Both the position numbers and the translations under genes were made by a program. Shown here in pieces: positions 9,573-19,653 of a stretch of 64,000 bases of DNA (position 1 is the stretch's first letter; each line of letters opens with the position of its first letter). This stretch comes from an uncultured Acidobacteriota bacterium (lineage in GTDB: Bacteria > Acidobacteriota > UBA6911 > RPQK01 > JAPXNP01), in NCBI GenBank assembly GCA_963777605.1, contig CAVZRV010000029.1, positions 416,001-480,000 on the forward strand, in the 5' to 3' direction. The notes beneath the pieces were generated by a model. It worked only from the letters and a program-made list of their open reading frames with translations. It was not told the origin of the DNA and made no database searches.

Positions 9573-11399
9573 ATGGAAGATAAGTTCCGAGTTCTGAGGA
9601 ATGCCGAGAAATACGTCGTCAACGGGCAGTTTGACCGTGCGGTAACCGAGTATCGAAGGATCGTCGAAGTTCACGGTGAGGATCCTTCTGTCCTGAACAC
9701 GCTTGGGGACCTGCTTCTCAAGACCAACCAGAGAGAGCAGGCTCTGGGGTGTTTCCTCCGCGTGGCAGAGATCTTCAGTCAGAGCGGCTTCATTTCTAAA
9801 GCCATCGCAATCTATCGGAAAGTCGAGCAGCTCAACCCGTCGTCAAGGGAGGCTGTTGGAAAGCTGGCCGAATTGTACACGCGCCGGGGATTGCGTTCGG
9901 AAGCGCTCAAGTATTGGCGTCGGTTCGGTGACCTCCTCGAGCAGGCCGGCGAGAAGGACGGCCTGGTGACGGCTAGAAGGCAGATCGCCGAGATGGATGC
10001 CGGGAACCCGACGGCTCACACCGAACTGGCTGGCGTGCTCAGTTCTGTGAGTGTCGATGAGGCTGCCCAGGAGTACCTTGCCGGCGCCCGCCTGTTCATG
10101 GCTTCCGAAGCATACTCGGATGCCGAAGGCGCCGCCCGGCAGGCTGTGACTCTCGATAGTTCCTGCTTTGAGGCCCGGGAGATCATTGCTGAAGTGGAGG
10201 AACGACTTCCTTCAGAGGCTCCGGAGGGGCCGGAGGCACGTGGGGAAGTCCCGATGATGGTGGAGGCCGAGCTGGAACCATCGGATGAGCCGGTGTCCCC
10301 CGTTCCGGAACCTCTCGAGTTGGTGGAGGGAGAAACCTTGGCGGCCGTTGAGCCCGCGTCGGTTCCTGCCGAGACGCCGCCTCCGGAGCTTCCTGAGGCT
10401 GAGCTTGAACCGGACGATCTTCAGGCTGAGGCGGACAAGTGGAGCGCGGAACTGGCTGAGGAGGCTTTTTTCGATATTGACGAAGGCTCTTCTGTGACTC
10501 TGGAGGAAACTGAACCGCGTGAGTCGATTGATGAGCCGCCCGGCGATGAAGACAGTTTCTTCACCGACCTGGCTGAGTCGGCGGCATCTTCCCCTGTCAC
10601 AAACGTGCCACCGTCGAGCCCGGCTGGCCCCAGTGCGGTGCGGCCGGTGGAGCCTTCCCCGCCGTCGAACCCGGCGAGAGCGCCTTCGAATCTGCTGGAA
10701 GAAGTTGATTTCTACCTTAAACTCGATTTGAAAGAGGATGCGGAGAGAATCCTGGGCGGTCTGCTCGCGAGCCATCCCGATGATCCTCGGGTGCAGGCTC
10801 GGGCGGAGCAGTTGGGCTTGGTAGCAAGAGATGCCGAGTCCGAACTGGATAGCTCGTCCACTCAGGATACTCCGTCCGACGAACCGGACGAGTTGTCTCC
10901 CTATGCCGCAGATGTCGAATCAGCCCTGGATGATCTCTTCTTCGAAGAGGCTGAAGAGCCGGCTGATCCCGACAAGAACGCAACGGCATCGGATCTGGCT
11001 GCGGATTCCGATGAACCAAGGGCCAACTTTGACCTCGGTATGGCCTACAGGGAAATGGGTATGTTCGAGGACGCGATCTCGAAGTTCTCTCGTGGCTACG
11101 AGCGCTCCATGGAACTGGATCAACCTGCACAGGCACTGAATTGTGCCGCGATGTTGGCCTCGACCTGCCTCTTGCTTGATAATGCTGAAGAATCGTTGAA
11201 GTGGGCCGACATCGCCCTCGGGCTGCCTCTGAGTGATTCCCTGGACTACAGGGCCCTGGAATATGACCGGGCGGCGGCATTGGAACTGTCGGGACGAACC
11301 GAAGAAAGCCTTGAAGTCTACAGGAGGATCCTGGCTCAGGATCCCGAGTTCAGAGATGTCCAGGAACGCGTGTTCCGCCTCGGTCAGATGCCCGGTTAA
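9573..11399 (+). CDS. TPR protein with central acidic/Pro-rich linker
   Basis: N-terminal TPRs (LNTLGDLL, KAIAIYRK), long E/P/D-rich middle, C-terminal TPRs (FDLGMAYREMGMFEDAI, DPEFRDV). Confidence 0.8.
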   Translation: MEDKFRVLRNAEKYVVNGQFDRAVTEYRRIVEVHGEDPSVLNTLGDLLLKTNQREQALGCFLRVAEIFSQSGFISKAIAIYRKVEQLNPSSREAVGKLAELYTRRGLRSEALKYWRRFGDLLEQAGEKDGLVTARRQIAEMDAGNPTAHTELAGVLSSVSVDEAAQEYLAGARLFMASEAYSDAEGAARQAVTLDSSCFEAREIIAEVEERLPSEAPEGPEARGEVPMMVEAELEPSDEPVSPVPEPLELVEGETLAAVEPASVPAETPPPELPEAELEPDDLQAEADKWSAELAEEAFFDIDEGSSVTLEETEPRESIDEPPGDEDSFFTDLAESAASSPVTNVPPSSPAGPSAVRPVEPSPPSNPARAPSNLLEEVDFYLKLDLKEDAERILGGLLASHPDDPRVQARAEQLGLVARDAESELDSSSTQDTPSDEPDELSPYAADVESALDDLFFEEAEEPADPDKNATASDLAADSDEPRANFDLGMAYREMGMFEDAISKFSRGYERSMELDQPAQALNCAAMLASTCLLLDNAEESLKWADIALGLPLSDSLDYRALEYDRAAALELSGRTEESLEVYRRILAQDPEFRDVQERVFRLGQMPG

Positions 11400-11647
11400 T
11401 GCTTGCTAAACTACTCTTCGGTATTTACGTTCTCTATTGCTTCGAAGTCGGTCTCTTCCTGATCGTCTTCCCCTGGATGGACTTTTGGCAAAACAACCTC
11501 CTGCTGGAATACCTGCCGGTCCTCAAGATTATCCTGCTGAACAACTTCTTCCGGGGGGCGGTGACGGGGCTCGGAATCGCAAATCTTATCCTGGGAGCCT
11601 GGGAGCTTGCCGGACTGCGCCGGAATTTTCGAAAAAAGCAGGTTTGA
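11399..11647 (+). CDS. Small membrane protein (2 TM)
   Basis: Start overlaps upstream stop (TAATG); hydrophobic EVGLFLIVFPW...W and RGAVTGLG. Confidence 0.75.
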   Translation: MLAKLLFGIYVLYCFEVGLFLIVFPWMDFWQNNLLLEYLPVLKIILLNNFFRGAVTGLGIANLILGAWELAGLRRNFRKKQV

Positions 11648-12260
11648 AACGCCGATTTGGTACGGCATCAGCGACCGCCGATTCTTTCCGAATCTGTCCC
11701 TGGAAACCTACGTTCGCCTCCTGTTTGAGACCTCGGCCGACGTCGTCCAGTTGAGGGAGAAAGACCTCGATTGGCGGGAACTTCTCGAGGCGACCAGCGT
11801 CGGATCGAGGGTAGCCAGGCAGCAGGGAAAGATCTGGCTCGTCAACGGCGATGTTGAGGTAGCCCTGGCAGGCGGTGCCACTGGAGTGCACCTCCCTGGC
11901 GGCGGAAACGTCCTCGCCGCCAGGGAGCGCGCCCGTGGGTCAGGTCGGACTGACTTCGTAGTGGGGCTCTCCGTGCACTCGATCGAGGAGGCGATGGCTG
12001 CCGAGAATGACGGTGTGGACTATTTTCTGCTCGGACCAGTGTTTCCTCCCCTCTCAAAAGAAGGGCGGCCCCCGATCGGTCTCGAGCTTCTCGGGGAAGC
12101 GTGCAGGAGGTTGCGAGCCCCGGTAATCGCTCTCGGGGGCATTTCCCGGCAGAACTACGAGTCCGTTCTGGGAGCGGGAGCCGCAGGCGCAGCCGGCATC
12201 TCCTGGCTTGCGGAGGAAATTCGGAACCGCCTTGAGGGCTTGACTGGTCGACGCTTCTGA
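11607..12260 (+). CDS. thiE: Thiamine-phosphate synthase-like protein (ThiE/TenI)
   Basis: VQLREKDL, GVHL, GLSVHS, GPVF, PVIALGGI; start uncertain (a TTG at 11644 would need one extra A). Confidence 0.85.
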   Translation: MPDCAGIFEKSRFETPIWYGISDRRFFPNLSLETYVRLLFETSADVVQLREKDLDWRELLEATSVGSRVARQQGKIWLVNGDVEVALAGGATGVHLPGGGNVLAARERARGSGRTDFVVGLSVHSIEEAMAAENDGVDYFLLGPVFPPLSKEGRPPIGLELLGEACRRLRAPVIALGGISRQNYESVLGAGAAGAAGISWLAEEIRNRLEGLTGRRF

Positions 12261-12278
12261 GCTGTCTCCTGTCTCGGA

Positions 12279-13325
12279 TCATTCCTCGGGTGCGCCCAAT
12301 CCGTACAGGGCACCTTTGCGGGCAATATCCGATGACCGAACGGCTTCCCGGTACTGCTTGTAGAGAGCAAGATCCTTCTGCTCGCGGACCAGATCCTCGA
12401 GAGCCTGGAGCCGGGGGATGAACTTGTCGATATTCTCTTTCAGGTTCTTGAGGGCCTTGCGAATGTCCTTCTCTTTGGCGGCTTTGGTCCGGGCCTTCTC
12501 GTCGATGTTGGTCATAATTCCGTTAATGGCCCGGTCGTATCCATGGAGCAGGTCTTCGTATGTGTAGAACTCGAGCGGATTCGGTTCTTCCTCGTCCCAC
12601 TCACGGCCTTCCCGGCGCCGGTCGATTTCGTCGAGGCGAGCGGTGGCAATCTTCAAGAACACCTCGACGCGTTTGGGAAGCTCCTGGGCGTACTGGACCT
12701 TCTGGTACTCCTCTTCTGTGAACTTGTCGATGTCCCAGAGTCCCCGCTGCAAAGAGGAACTGGTTACCGGTCGAGAAGATGGGGCGAACCCGGATGCAAC
12801 CCGCGTGGCTAGTCCGCCATGACCTGGTGTGACTCGGCCTATCGCCTTGCCGAACAGTTGCTGCAGAAGCTGATCCCGGAGCTTCTCGGCGACGCTGACG
12901 GTCTCCTCGAACTGATCCCGGTTCTCCAGCGGAACGAGGAGCATCTGGCTCGACAGTTGTTCGGTTAGCTTTCTCAGGAAGATCTCGAGCTTCTTGACTT
13001 GCTTGTCTCTACGTTCCTTTTCGTTGCTTTCGTTGACGGAGAGGTCGAGCAGGGTACTGCAAACGCTTTTGAGTTCAGCAAGAGTGCGAAAGATCACCGC
13101 CAGGTTGCGCTTGGCCAACTCGGTCTGGAGTCGTTTGGAACGCCGCTCCATGACTTTCCGAAGTACTTCGACCTTGTCTTTGTAACGGGTCTTTCGGTAC
13201 AGCTCGGACTGTTCGTGTTGGGTCAGTATCTGATCCAGAGGGATGCGTTCCGGGGTCTCCTCCGCCTGTCCCACCCCGACTGGTAATACCGTCAGCCATG
13301 CCAGGAGGAGAACTGAGAACATCAC
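12279..13325 (-). CDS. Secreted helical hypothetical protein with an internally duplicated domain
   Basis: Signal peptide; two similar units starting DQILTQHEQSEL..KDKVEVLRK and DKFTEEEYQKV..PKRVEVFLK; coupled to argS stop. Confidence 0.7.
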   Translation of the reverse strand: MMFSVLLLAWLTVLPVGVGQAEETPERIPLDQILTQHEQSELYRKTRYKDKVEVLRKVMERRSKRLQTELAKRNLAVIFRTLAELKSVCSTLLDLSVNESNEKERRDKQVKKLEIFLRKLTEQLSSQMLLVPLENRDQFEETVSVAEKLRDQLLQQLFGKAIGRVTPGHGGLATRVASGFAPSSRPVTSSSLQRGLWDIDKFTEEEYQKVQYAQELPKRVEVFLKIATARLDEIDRRREGREWDEEEPNPLEFYTYEDLLHGYDRAINGIMTNIDEKARTKAAKEKDIRKALKNLKENIDKFIPRLQALEDLVREQKDLALYKQYREAVRSSDIARKGALYGLGAPEE

Positions 13326-15280
13326 ATTCGCTCCGGAACCTCTATGCCAAGCAGGTCAAGCACCCTGTTTAGGCCGTGGCGGACGGTATCGGTGACGGTG
13401 AGGTGAAAGGCCTTGCGCTCTTCGTTCTCTTCCGAAAGGATGTGGTGAGAGTGATAAAAGAGATTGAACTGCTGGGCAAGGCTGAAGGCATGCTTGGCAG
13501 CACCCGACAACTCCAGCGACTCGACCGCCTGGGCGATTGCGTCGTCCGTGCGGGACAGTTCTCGGAGTAGCCCCCAGACGTCGTCATCTTCCAGCCAGCC
13601 TTCGATCTCCGGACTGTCCCAGAGTCCTTCGCATAGGGAGTCCCAGTGCCCGTCGTCCCAGCTTTCCTGGCGTTCAGCCAGCTTCCGAAAGATGTTGTTG
13701 GACCGTACAATCGAATACTGCAGATAGGGGCCGGTCTCTCCCTCGAAGCTGAGTGCTTCGTCGAAATCGAAGGCAATCACCGAGTTCCGGGTGTACTTCA
13801 GCATGAAGTAGCGCAGAGCTCCGACGGCGATCTGGCGGGCAATCTCGGTGCGCTGTTCGGGATCGAGATCTTGTTGACGACGTTCGACTTCCTGGAGTGA
13901 CTTCTCGATCAACTTGTCGATCAGGTCGTCGGCCTTGACGCCGAGCCCCTTCCGCCCCGACACTTCGACATAGGGCCTTGCCTGATCTTCCTCCGAAAGT
14001 TCGATGTCCAGTTCTCTGCAGGTTCGGGGGGAAAGTGCGACCATCTCATAGGAGAAGTGGACGGAACGCTCCGCCTCGTCCAGGTACCCCAAGTTTCGCA
14101 AGCCCTGAACGACTACCCGTTGGAGGTAGGCCTGCCGAACGTCGATCACGTTGTAGACCCGGTCAGCGCCTCCGAAGGCAGGTTCGGAGTCCCCTTCGGG
14201 AACCATGGACGTTTCCCATACCACGTGACCGTCGTCGTAGCGGTGGAACGGGCGGTAGTGAAAGGTCCGGCCCAGGAGGCCGAATTTCCAGAGTTGGTAA
14301 GCAATGTCTTTACCGACGTAGGTGACCGTGCCGTTGCTACGGACGATAATCTTCACCTCGTCGGGCTGACCTCCCTCTCCGGGGAGATCCATGACCCAAC
14401 AGCCTTTACTTGGACCGTCGTCCACGAGGTACACGGCTTTCTTCTCTTTGAGAAGTTGAAAAGCGTCTTCCCAGAAGTGCAGGTGAAGGATCTCGCTCTC
14501 CCGGGGGAGAACATCGTACCGAACCCCGAGTCGATCCATCGTCGCCAGGTGGGCACGGACGATCCGTCCTGAAATGTGTTCTGCCAGAGGGAAGAACGGC
14601 TCCTCGCCGTGTTCAATCGCAGAAAGCACCTGCTGTCGATGTTCGGTCCGGGACTTGTCGGCATCGAACCACTCCGAGACCTGTGCGTAAAGGTCCCAGC
14701 AATAATAGTCGAAAGGTTCGGGGATTGCCCTGACCTGCTCCAAGTCGAGATTCCGCAGGAAATGGAACCCGACAACGACGTCCGCTACCTGGACGCCAGT
14801 GTTGTCAATGTAGTTCTGGACTTCGACCGTGCGTCCCTGGCTCCGCATCAGGCGGACGCATGTGTCTCCCAGAATAGCGTTGCGAAGGTGACCGATGTGG
14901 GCAGCCTTGTTCGGGTTGATGTTGGTGTGTTCGACAATGACTTTGCCCGACGAAGCCGGCTCCGCTGAACCTCGCAAGCGACCATGGAGTTCCCGGAAGA
15001 GCAGAACCCGGTCGAGAAACAGGTTGATGAATCCGGGAGGTGCTGCCTCCATGCGGCGGATTCCTTCAATCGGTCCAATTGAATCGACCACTTCCTGGGC
15101 AATCTGACGCGGGGCCTTGCGCAGGGTCCGGGCCATCTGCAGAGGGAAGGGAAGGGCAAGATCGCCCATCTCGATTCGAGGTGGAATCTCAATCGTGAGT
15201 TCAGGCGACTCAACTCCGAAGTGGCTCTCGATGAATTCGCGAAATCGTACTCTGATCTGGTCAACGCGATCCGGAAACAT
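13322..15280 (-). CDS. argS: Arginine--tRNA ligase
   Basis: EHTNINPNKAAHIGHLRN (HIGH), SGRKG, FEGETGPYLQY, DALR C-terminus ending PERM. Confidence 0.97.
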   Translation of the reverse strand: MFPDRVDQIRVRFREFIESHFGVESPELTIEIPPRIEMGDLALPFPLQMARTLRKAPRQIAQEVVDSIGPIEGIRRMEAAPPGFINLFLDRVLLFRELHGRLRGSAEPASSGKVIVEHTNINPNKAAHIGHLRNAILGDTCVRLMRSQGRTVEVQNYIDNTGVQVADVVVGFHFLRNLDLEQVRAIPEPFDYYCWDLYAQVSEWFDADKSRTEHRQQVLSAIEHGEEPFFPLAEHISGRIVRAHLATMDRLGVRYDVLPRESEILHLHFWEDAFQLLKEKKAVYLVDDGPSKGCWVMDLPGEGGQPDEVKIIVRSNGTVTYVGKDIAYQLWKFGLLGRTFHYRPFHRYDDGHVVWETSMVPEGDSEPAFGGADRVYNVIDVRQAYLQRVVVQGLRNLGYLDEAERSVHFSYEMVALSPRTCRELDIELSEEDQARPYVEVSGRKGLGVKADDLIDKLIEKSLQEVERRQQDLDPEQRTEIARQIAVGALRYFMLKYTRNSVIAFDFDEALSFEGETGPYLQYSIVRSNNIFRKLAERQESWDDGHWDSLCEGLWDSPEIEGWLEDDDVWGLLRELSRTDDAIAQAVESLELSGAAKHAFSLAQQFNLFYHSHHILSEENEERKAFHLTVTDTVRHGLNRVLDLLGIEVPERM

Positions 15281-15397
15281 AAGCAAGTATGATAGCAAAG
15301 TCACGGATTCGAACCTGTCTCGTCTTGCGGCGCCTGTTCAGTGGCGGGCGGATCGGTAAAATGGAGTCGCTGCATACAGTTGGGATTTTGATCAGTT

Positions 15398-16816
15398 ATG
15401 ACCAAGCTTCTGTTGTTTGACGCATTCAATGGCGTATCGGGGGACATGATTCTGGGATCCCTGATCGATCTGGGAGTTCCGATGGACCATCTCGAGGGGC
15501 AGCTTTCGCTTCTCGAACTCGGTGGCTATTCCCTCGAAGCCTCCCCGATCAAGCGAAACGATGTGATGGGGGTCAACTTCAAGGTCCGCTTGGAGGACAC
15601 TCAGGAGCCGCGATCGGATTCGGTGCAGGGACCTGCTCACGTTCACTCCCACGATCACGACCAGGATCACGATCACGACCATCATCACCACGACCACCAT
15701 CATGAGCACGACCACGATCACGACCATCATCACCACGACCACCATCATGAGCACGATCCCTCGGCACGCGACCACGTTCATGATGCTGCTGGAGACCATG
15801 GCCACGCCCACGGATCCTTTTCCGAGATCCGTGCAATGATCGAGCGGTCCGGGTTGCCAAAGCGGGTGAAGGAACGATCGATCGCCATTTTTGAGCGTCT
15901 GGCCCAGGCGGAGTCGCACGCTCACGGGACGTCGATCGAGCAGGTGCATTTTCACGAGGTTGGGGCGGTGGACTCGATCGTGGATATCGTGGGCGCCTGT
16001 ATCGGCTTTGACTACCTTGGTATCGACGAGTTTTACGCGTCGGCGATCAACCTGGGAGGCGGCACGGTTTCCTTTTCCCACGGGACCTGGCCGGTCCCGG
16101 CTCCGGCGACGGCGGAACTCCTGAAGGGCTTCCCGGTCGAGTACAGTGAGATCCAGGCAGAGTTGACGACGCCGACCGGAGCCGCGATCGTGGCGACCCT
16201 GGTGGATTCCGAACGATTGACGCCGAAGTTCAGAATGGGGGCTGCCGGATTGGGCGCCGGCGACCGGGAACTCCCGTCGATTCCCAACATGCTAAGATTG
16301 GTGGTTGGAGAGAGATTCGAGGGCGGGGAAACAGTTGCTCCGCCCGGTGTCGGGTCTGAACGGGTGGTCCTGCTCGAGGCCAACATCGACGACATGGATG
16401 CGGAGATGTTTGGGCATTTCATGGACGTTGCATTGGAGAACGGAGCGCTGGACGTCTTTTTCGCTCCGATCCAGATGAAGAAGAACCGACCAGGTCACTT
16501 GTTGACTGTCCTGTGCCGGCCCGAAGACCGGGAACGTTTTACGGACCTGGTTTTCGCCGAGACGACGACTCTTGGATTGCGCTGTCGCGAATTGGATCGG
16601 TTCGTGCTCGCCAGGGAATCTGTCGTAGTTGAAACGGTTTTCGGGTCGCTGCGGTGCAAGGTGAGCCGAAAGGGTGGCCGGGTTGTGGATGTCTCTCCGG
16701 AGTACGACGACTTGAGCCGATTGGCGCGTAGTGCCGGTGTTCCGATGCGGGAAGTCCGGCGTAAAACCTGGGGACAAATTGCAGAGCTGGACATATGGGA
16801 AAGAAGTTCTACTTAA
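15398..16816 (+). CDS. larC: Nickel pincer cofactor biosynthesis protein LarC
   Basis: FDAFNGVSGDMILGSLIDLG, HFHEVGAVDSIVDI, ELTTPTGAAI, EANIDDM, MKKNRPG, ETTTLGLR, PEYDD; His-rich insert. Confidence 0.95.
   Translation: MTKLLLFDAFNGVSGDMILGSLIDLGVPMDHLEGQLSLLELGGYSLEASPIKRNDVMGVNFKVRLEDTQEPRSDSVQGPAHVHSHDHDQDHDHDHHHHDHHHEHDHDHDHHHHDHHHEHDPSARDHVHDAAGDHGHAHGSFSEIRAMIERSGLPKRVKERSIAIFERLAQAESHAHGTSIEQVHFHEVGAVDSIVDIVGACIGFDYLGIDEFYASAINLGGGTVSFSHGTWPVPAPATAELLKGFPVEYSEIQAELTTPTGAAIVATLVDSERLTPKFRMGAAGLGAGDRELPSIPNMLRLVVGERFEGGETVAPPGVGSERVVLLEANIDDMDAEMFGHFMDVALENGALDVFFAPIQMKKNRPGHLLTVLCRPEDRERFTDLVFAETTTLGLRCRELDRFVLARESVVVETVFGSLRCKVSRKGGRVVDVSPEYDDLSRLARSAGVPMREVRRKTWGQIAELDIWERSST
15668..15757 (+). 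repeat. Tandem 45-nt duplication encoding HDHDHHHHDHHHEHD twice
   Basis: 15668-15712 and 15713-15757 match at 44/45 nt. Confidence 0.9.
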
Positions 16817-18708
16817 CCACACCCCTGTATTACGTGAACGGAGTGCCGCATGTCGGTCACGTTTACACCACGGTGATCGCCAACGCCATCGCGCGCTACA
16901 AGAGGCTTTGCGGCCTGGACGTGTGTGCTTTGACGGGAACGGACGAACACGGGTTGAAGATCGAGCGGGCGGCCCGGGACCAAGGCCTTGAACCGCAGCA
17001 GTTGACGGACAAGTATGCCGCCACTTTCACGGAAGCCTGGGATCGGCTTGGTCTCCAGTTCGATGCCTTCATTCGGACCACTCAGCCGCGTCATGCTGAG
17101 GCGGTCGGGGAGATCGCACGCCGCATTCGGGAGAACGGCTACATCTATCTCGGCGAGTACAGCGGCAACTACTGCGTCAGTTGCGAAGCCTATGCTCCAG
17201 AAGGGGAGAAGACCTGCCCCGATTGCGGTCGCCCGACCGAGTTCATGACCGAGGCAAGCTACTTCTTCAAGCTGTCGGATTTCCAGCAGAAGCTGCTGCG
17301 CTTTTACGAGAGCAACTCCGACTTCGTTGTTCCCCAGACCCGAATGAACGAGATCGTCAGCTTCGTCAAGGGCGGCCTGCGCGACATCAGCATCAGCCGC
17401 ACCTCGTTTCGGTGGGGAATCCCGATTCCCGATGATCCCGCGCACATTTTCTACGTCTGGTTCGACGCCTTGACCGGTTACCTCTCCGGCATCGGTTTTC
17501 CGTCCGACGAGGACGGGTTTGCAAAGCGCTGGCCCGCCGACGTCCAGTTGATCGGGAAGGACATCCTGCGCTTTCACGCCGTTTACTGGCCCGCATTTCT
17601 CATGGCCGCAGGGCTGGAGCCGCCGCGGCGGATTCTGGTCAATGGGTGGTGGACCGTGGACGGGGAAAAGATGTCGAAGTCCCGGGGCAACTTCATCACG
17701 GCCGAAGAGCTGACCCAGAAGCTGCCGGCCGACTACATCAAGTACTTTCTCCTGCGGGAAATCCCGATCGGCGGTGACGGAGACTTCTCTTACGGGGCCC
17801 TCGTGAACCGGGTCAACAGCGACCTCGCCAACGATGTCGGCAACCTGGCGAACCGAACCCTGAAGATGATCGAGAACTACTTCGACGGAGTGATCCCCGA
17901 GCGGGATCTGGCCGAAGGCGGTGACGAAGAGTTGATCCGTTTTTGTCGTGAAACGGTCGAGCTGTTCCGGGAGAACTTTGACCGTCTGCAGATCAGCAAG
18001 GGACTGGAGAACGTTTGGGAACTGGTTTCGGTCTCGAACCGCTACCTGGTGGCCAACGAGCCCTGGGCCCTGGCGCGCGAGCGGGAGAAGCGGAAGCGCC
18101 TTGCTTCGGTGCTCTACAACTCGGCTGAGACGATTCGGATCATTGCACTCCTGCTCTCTCCGATTGTTCCGGACGGGTCTGCCGCGATCTTTTCCCAGCT
18201 CGGAATCCAGGAGCCGATTGACTCGATGAAGGCCGAAGCCCTGCGTTGGGGAGGGCTCAAGCATGGCACGCGCATCGGCAAGGTGGAAGCCGTTTTCCCC
18301 CGTCTCGAACTCGAAAGCCTGACCTCGACGGAAAAGGCACCGGAATCACCCGCGGACCCCGAAAGCGAAACGCCGGCTGAAAAACCCCAGGTCGGGATCG
18401 AGGATTTTGCCAAGGTCGAGATGCGGGTTGCCCAGATCGTCTCGGCCGAGCGGGTGCCCAAGTCCAAGAAACTGCTCAAGCTGCAGGTGGACCTGGGTGG
18501 TGAGCGGAGGCAAGTCGTCGCCGGAATCGGTGAAGCCTATGACCCGGAAACCCTGCCGGGGCGAAAGGTGGCCGTGGTGACCAACCTGAAGCCGGCGAAG
18601 CTGATGGGATTGGAGTCGAACGGCATGATTGTAGCGGCCTCCGATGAAGGAAAGCCCGTGCTCGTCACCTTTACCGAGAACGTGACGCTGGGCAGCCGGC
18701 TGCGATGA
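16795..18708 (+). CDS. metG: Methionine--tRNA ligase with C-terminal tRNA-binding domain
   Basis: YYVNGVPHVGH, TGTDEHG, YVWFDAL, GKDILRFH, KMSKS, Trbp111-like tail NLKPAKLMGLESNGM. Confidence 0.98.
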   Translation: MGKKFYLTTPLYYVNGVPHVGHVYTTVIANAIARYKRLCGLDVCALTGTDEHGLKIERAARDQGLEPQQLTDKYAATFTEAWDRLGLQFDAFIRTTQPRHAEAVGEIARRIRENGYIYLGEYSGNYCVSCEAYAPEGEKTCPDCGRPTEFMTEASYFFKLSDFQQKLLRFYESNSDFVVPQTRMNEIVSFVKGGLRDISISRTSFRWGIPIPDDPAHIFYVWFDALTGYLSGIGFPSDEDGFAKRWPADVQLIGKDILRFHAVYWPAFLMAAGLEPPRRILVNGWWTVDGEKMSKSRGNFITAEELTQKLPADYIKYFLLREIPIGGDGDFSYGALVNRVNSDLANDVGNLANRTLKMIENYFDGVIPERDLAEGGDEELIRFCRETVELFRENFDRLQISKGLENVWELVSVSNRYLVANEPWALAREREKRKRLASVLYNSAETIRIIALLLSPIVPDGSAAIFSQLGIQEPIDSMKAEALRWGGLKHGTRIGKVEAVFPRLELESLTSTEKAPESPADPESETPAEKPQVGIEDFAKVEMRVAQIVSAERVPKSKKLLKLQVDLGGERRQVVAGIGEAYDPETLPGRKVAVVTNLKPAKLMGLESNGMIVAASDEGKPVLVTFTENVTLGSRLR

Positions 18709-19496
18709 ACCTGGTGGACTCCCACGCCCACCTGGACGATCCCCGCTTTGCCGATGATCTTCCGGCCGTCATCGCCCGGGCGGAGCAGGCCGGGGTGGGG
18801 CAGATCATGATTGTCGGTTGCCTCGGATCGGATCCTGAAGCCCGTGACCGGGTCCTTCGGCTTCTCGACGCGTGGCCCCGCTTGCGGGCGGCTTTTGGCG
18901 TTCATCCCCACGACGCGCGCTTCATGGGAGACTCTCTCGAAGCAGAACTCGACCGGTTGATGGGCGATCCCAGGGTGCTCGGACTTGGGGAGATCGGGCT
19001 CGACTTCTACTACGATAACAGCCCCCGGGATGTTCAGGCGGAAGCTTTCGCCCGTCAACTCTCCCTGGCGCGCCGGCACCGGAAGCCGGTCGTCATTCAC
19101 ACCCGGGACGCCGAGCCTGAGACGATTGAGATCCTGTCTGCCGAACCGGGCGTGCCGAAGATGGATTGGGGTGTGCTGCACTGTTTTACTGGTTCAGAGA
19201 ACTTGGCACGGGCCGGACTTGAACTCGGTTTCAGCCTCTCGTTTGGGGGCGTCCTGACCTTCAAGAAGGCGAGCGAGTTGAGGGAGATTGCGGGCCGCGT
19301 TCCCGGGGACCAGATCCTTCTGGAAACCGACTGCCCGTACCTTGCTCCGGTTCCGCACCGCGGCAAACGAAACGAGCCTGCCTACGTGGTCCGGGTCGCC
19401 GAAACGCTGGCGGCTTGTCGCAATATGAGCGTCCAAGATGTTGCGTCGCAGACTACCCGCAACTTCCAACGGCTGTTTTCAGCCCCGGATGCGTGA
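18705..19496 (+). CDS. tatD: TatD-family hydrolase
   Basis: DSHAHL, GVHPH, GEIGLDFY, IHTRDA, LHCF, ETDCPYLAP; follows metG. Confidence 0.95.
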   Translation: MNLVDSHAHLDDPRFADDLPAVIARAEQAGVGQIMIVGCLGSDPEARDRVLRLLDAWPRLRAAFGVHPHDARFMGDSLEAELDRLMGDPRVLGLGEIGLDFYYDNSPRDVQAEAFARQLSLARRHRKPVVIHTRDAEPETIEILSAEPGVPKMDWGVLHCFTGSENLARAGLELGFSLSFGGVLTFKKASELREIAGRVPGDQILLETDCPYLAPVPHRGKRNEPAYVVRVAETLAACRNMSVQDVASQTTRNFQRLFSAPDA

Positions 19497-19653
19497 CACT
19501 CGCGAGTGCTTTCGACTGCCGACGGGGGGATTCCCGAGGTGGAGGTTCTGAGGTGGTCGGCTGCTGTTTCCCGTGGAGCTGAACAGGCGGCCCGGCCCGG
19601 AGGCACGAGGCCCGGATTTGACCGGTCTCAAGTCCTTTCGGAAGAGGGCCAAC

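Noticed and set aside
15638-15812. Repetitive CAC/GAC/CAT tract as a CRISPR or non-coding repeat
   Set aside because: It is the in-frame His/Asp-rich insert of LarC
16813-18264. Long antisense ORFs (483 aa opposite metG, 366 aa opposite ffh, 486 aa at 41421-42881 and others)
   Set aside because: Shadow ORFs expected from GC-rich codon bias opposite well-supported genes
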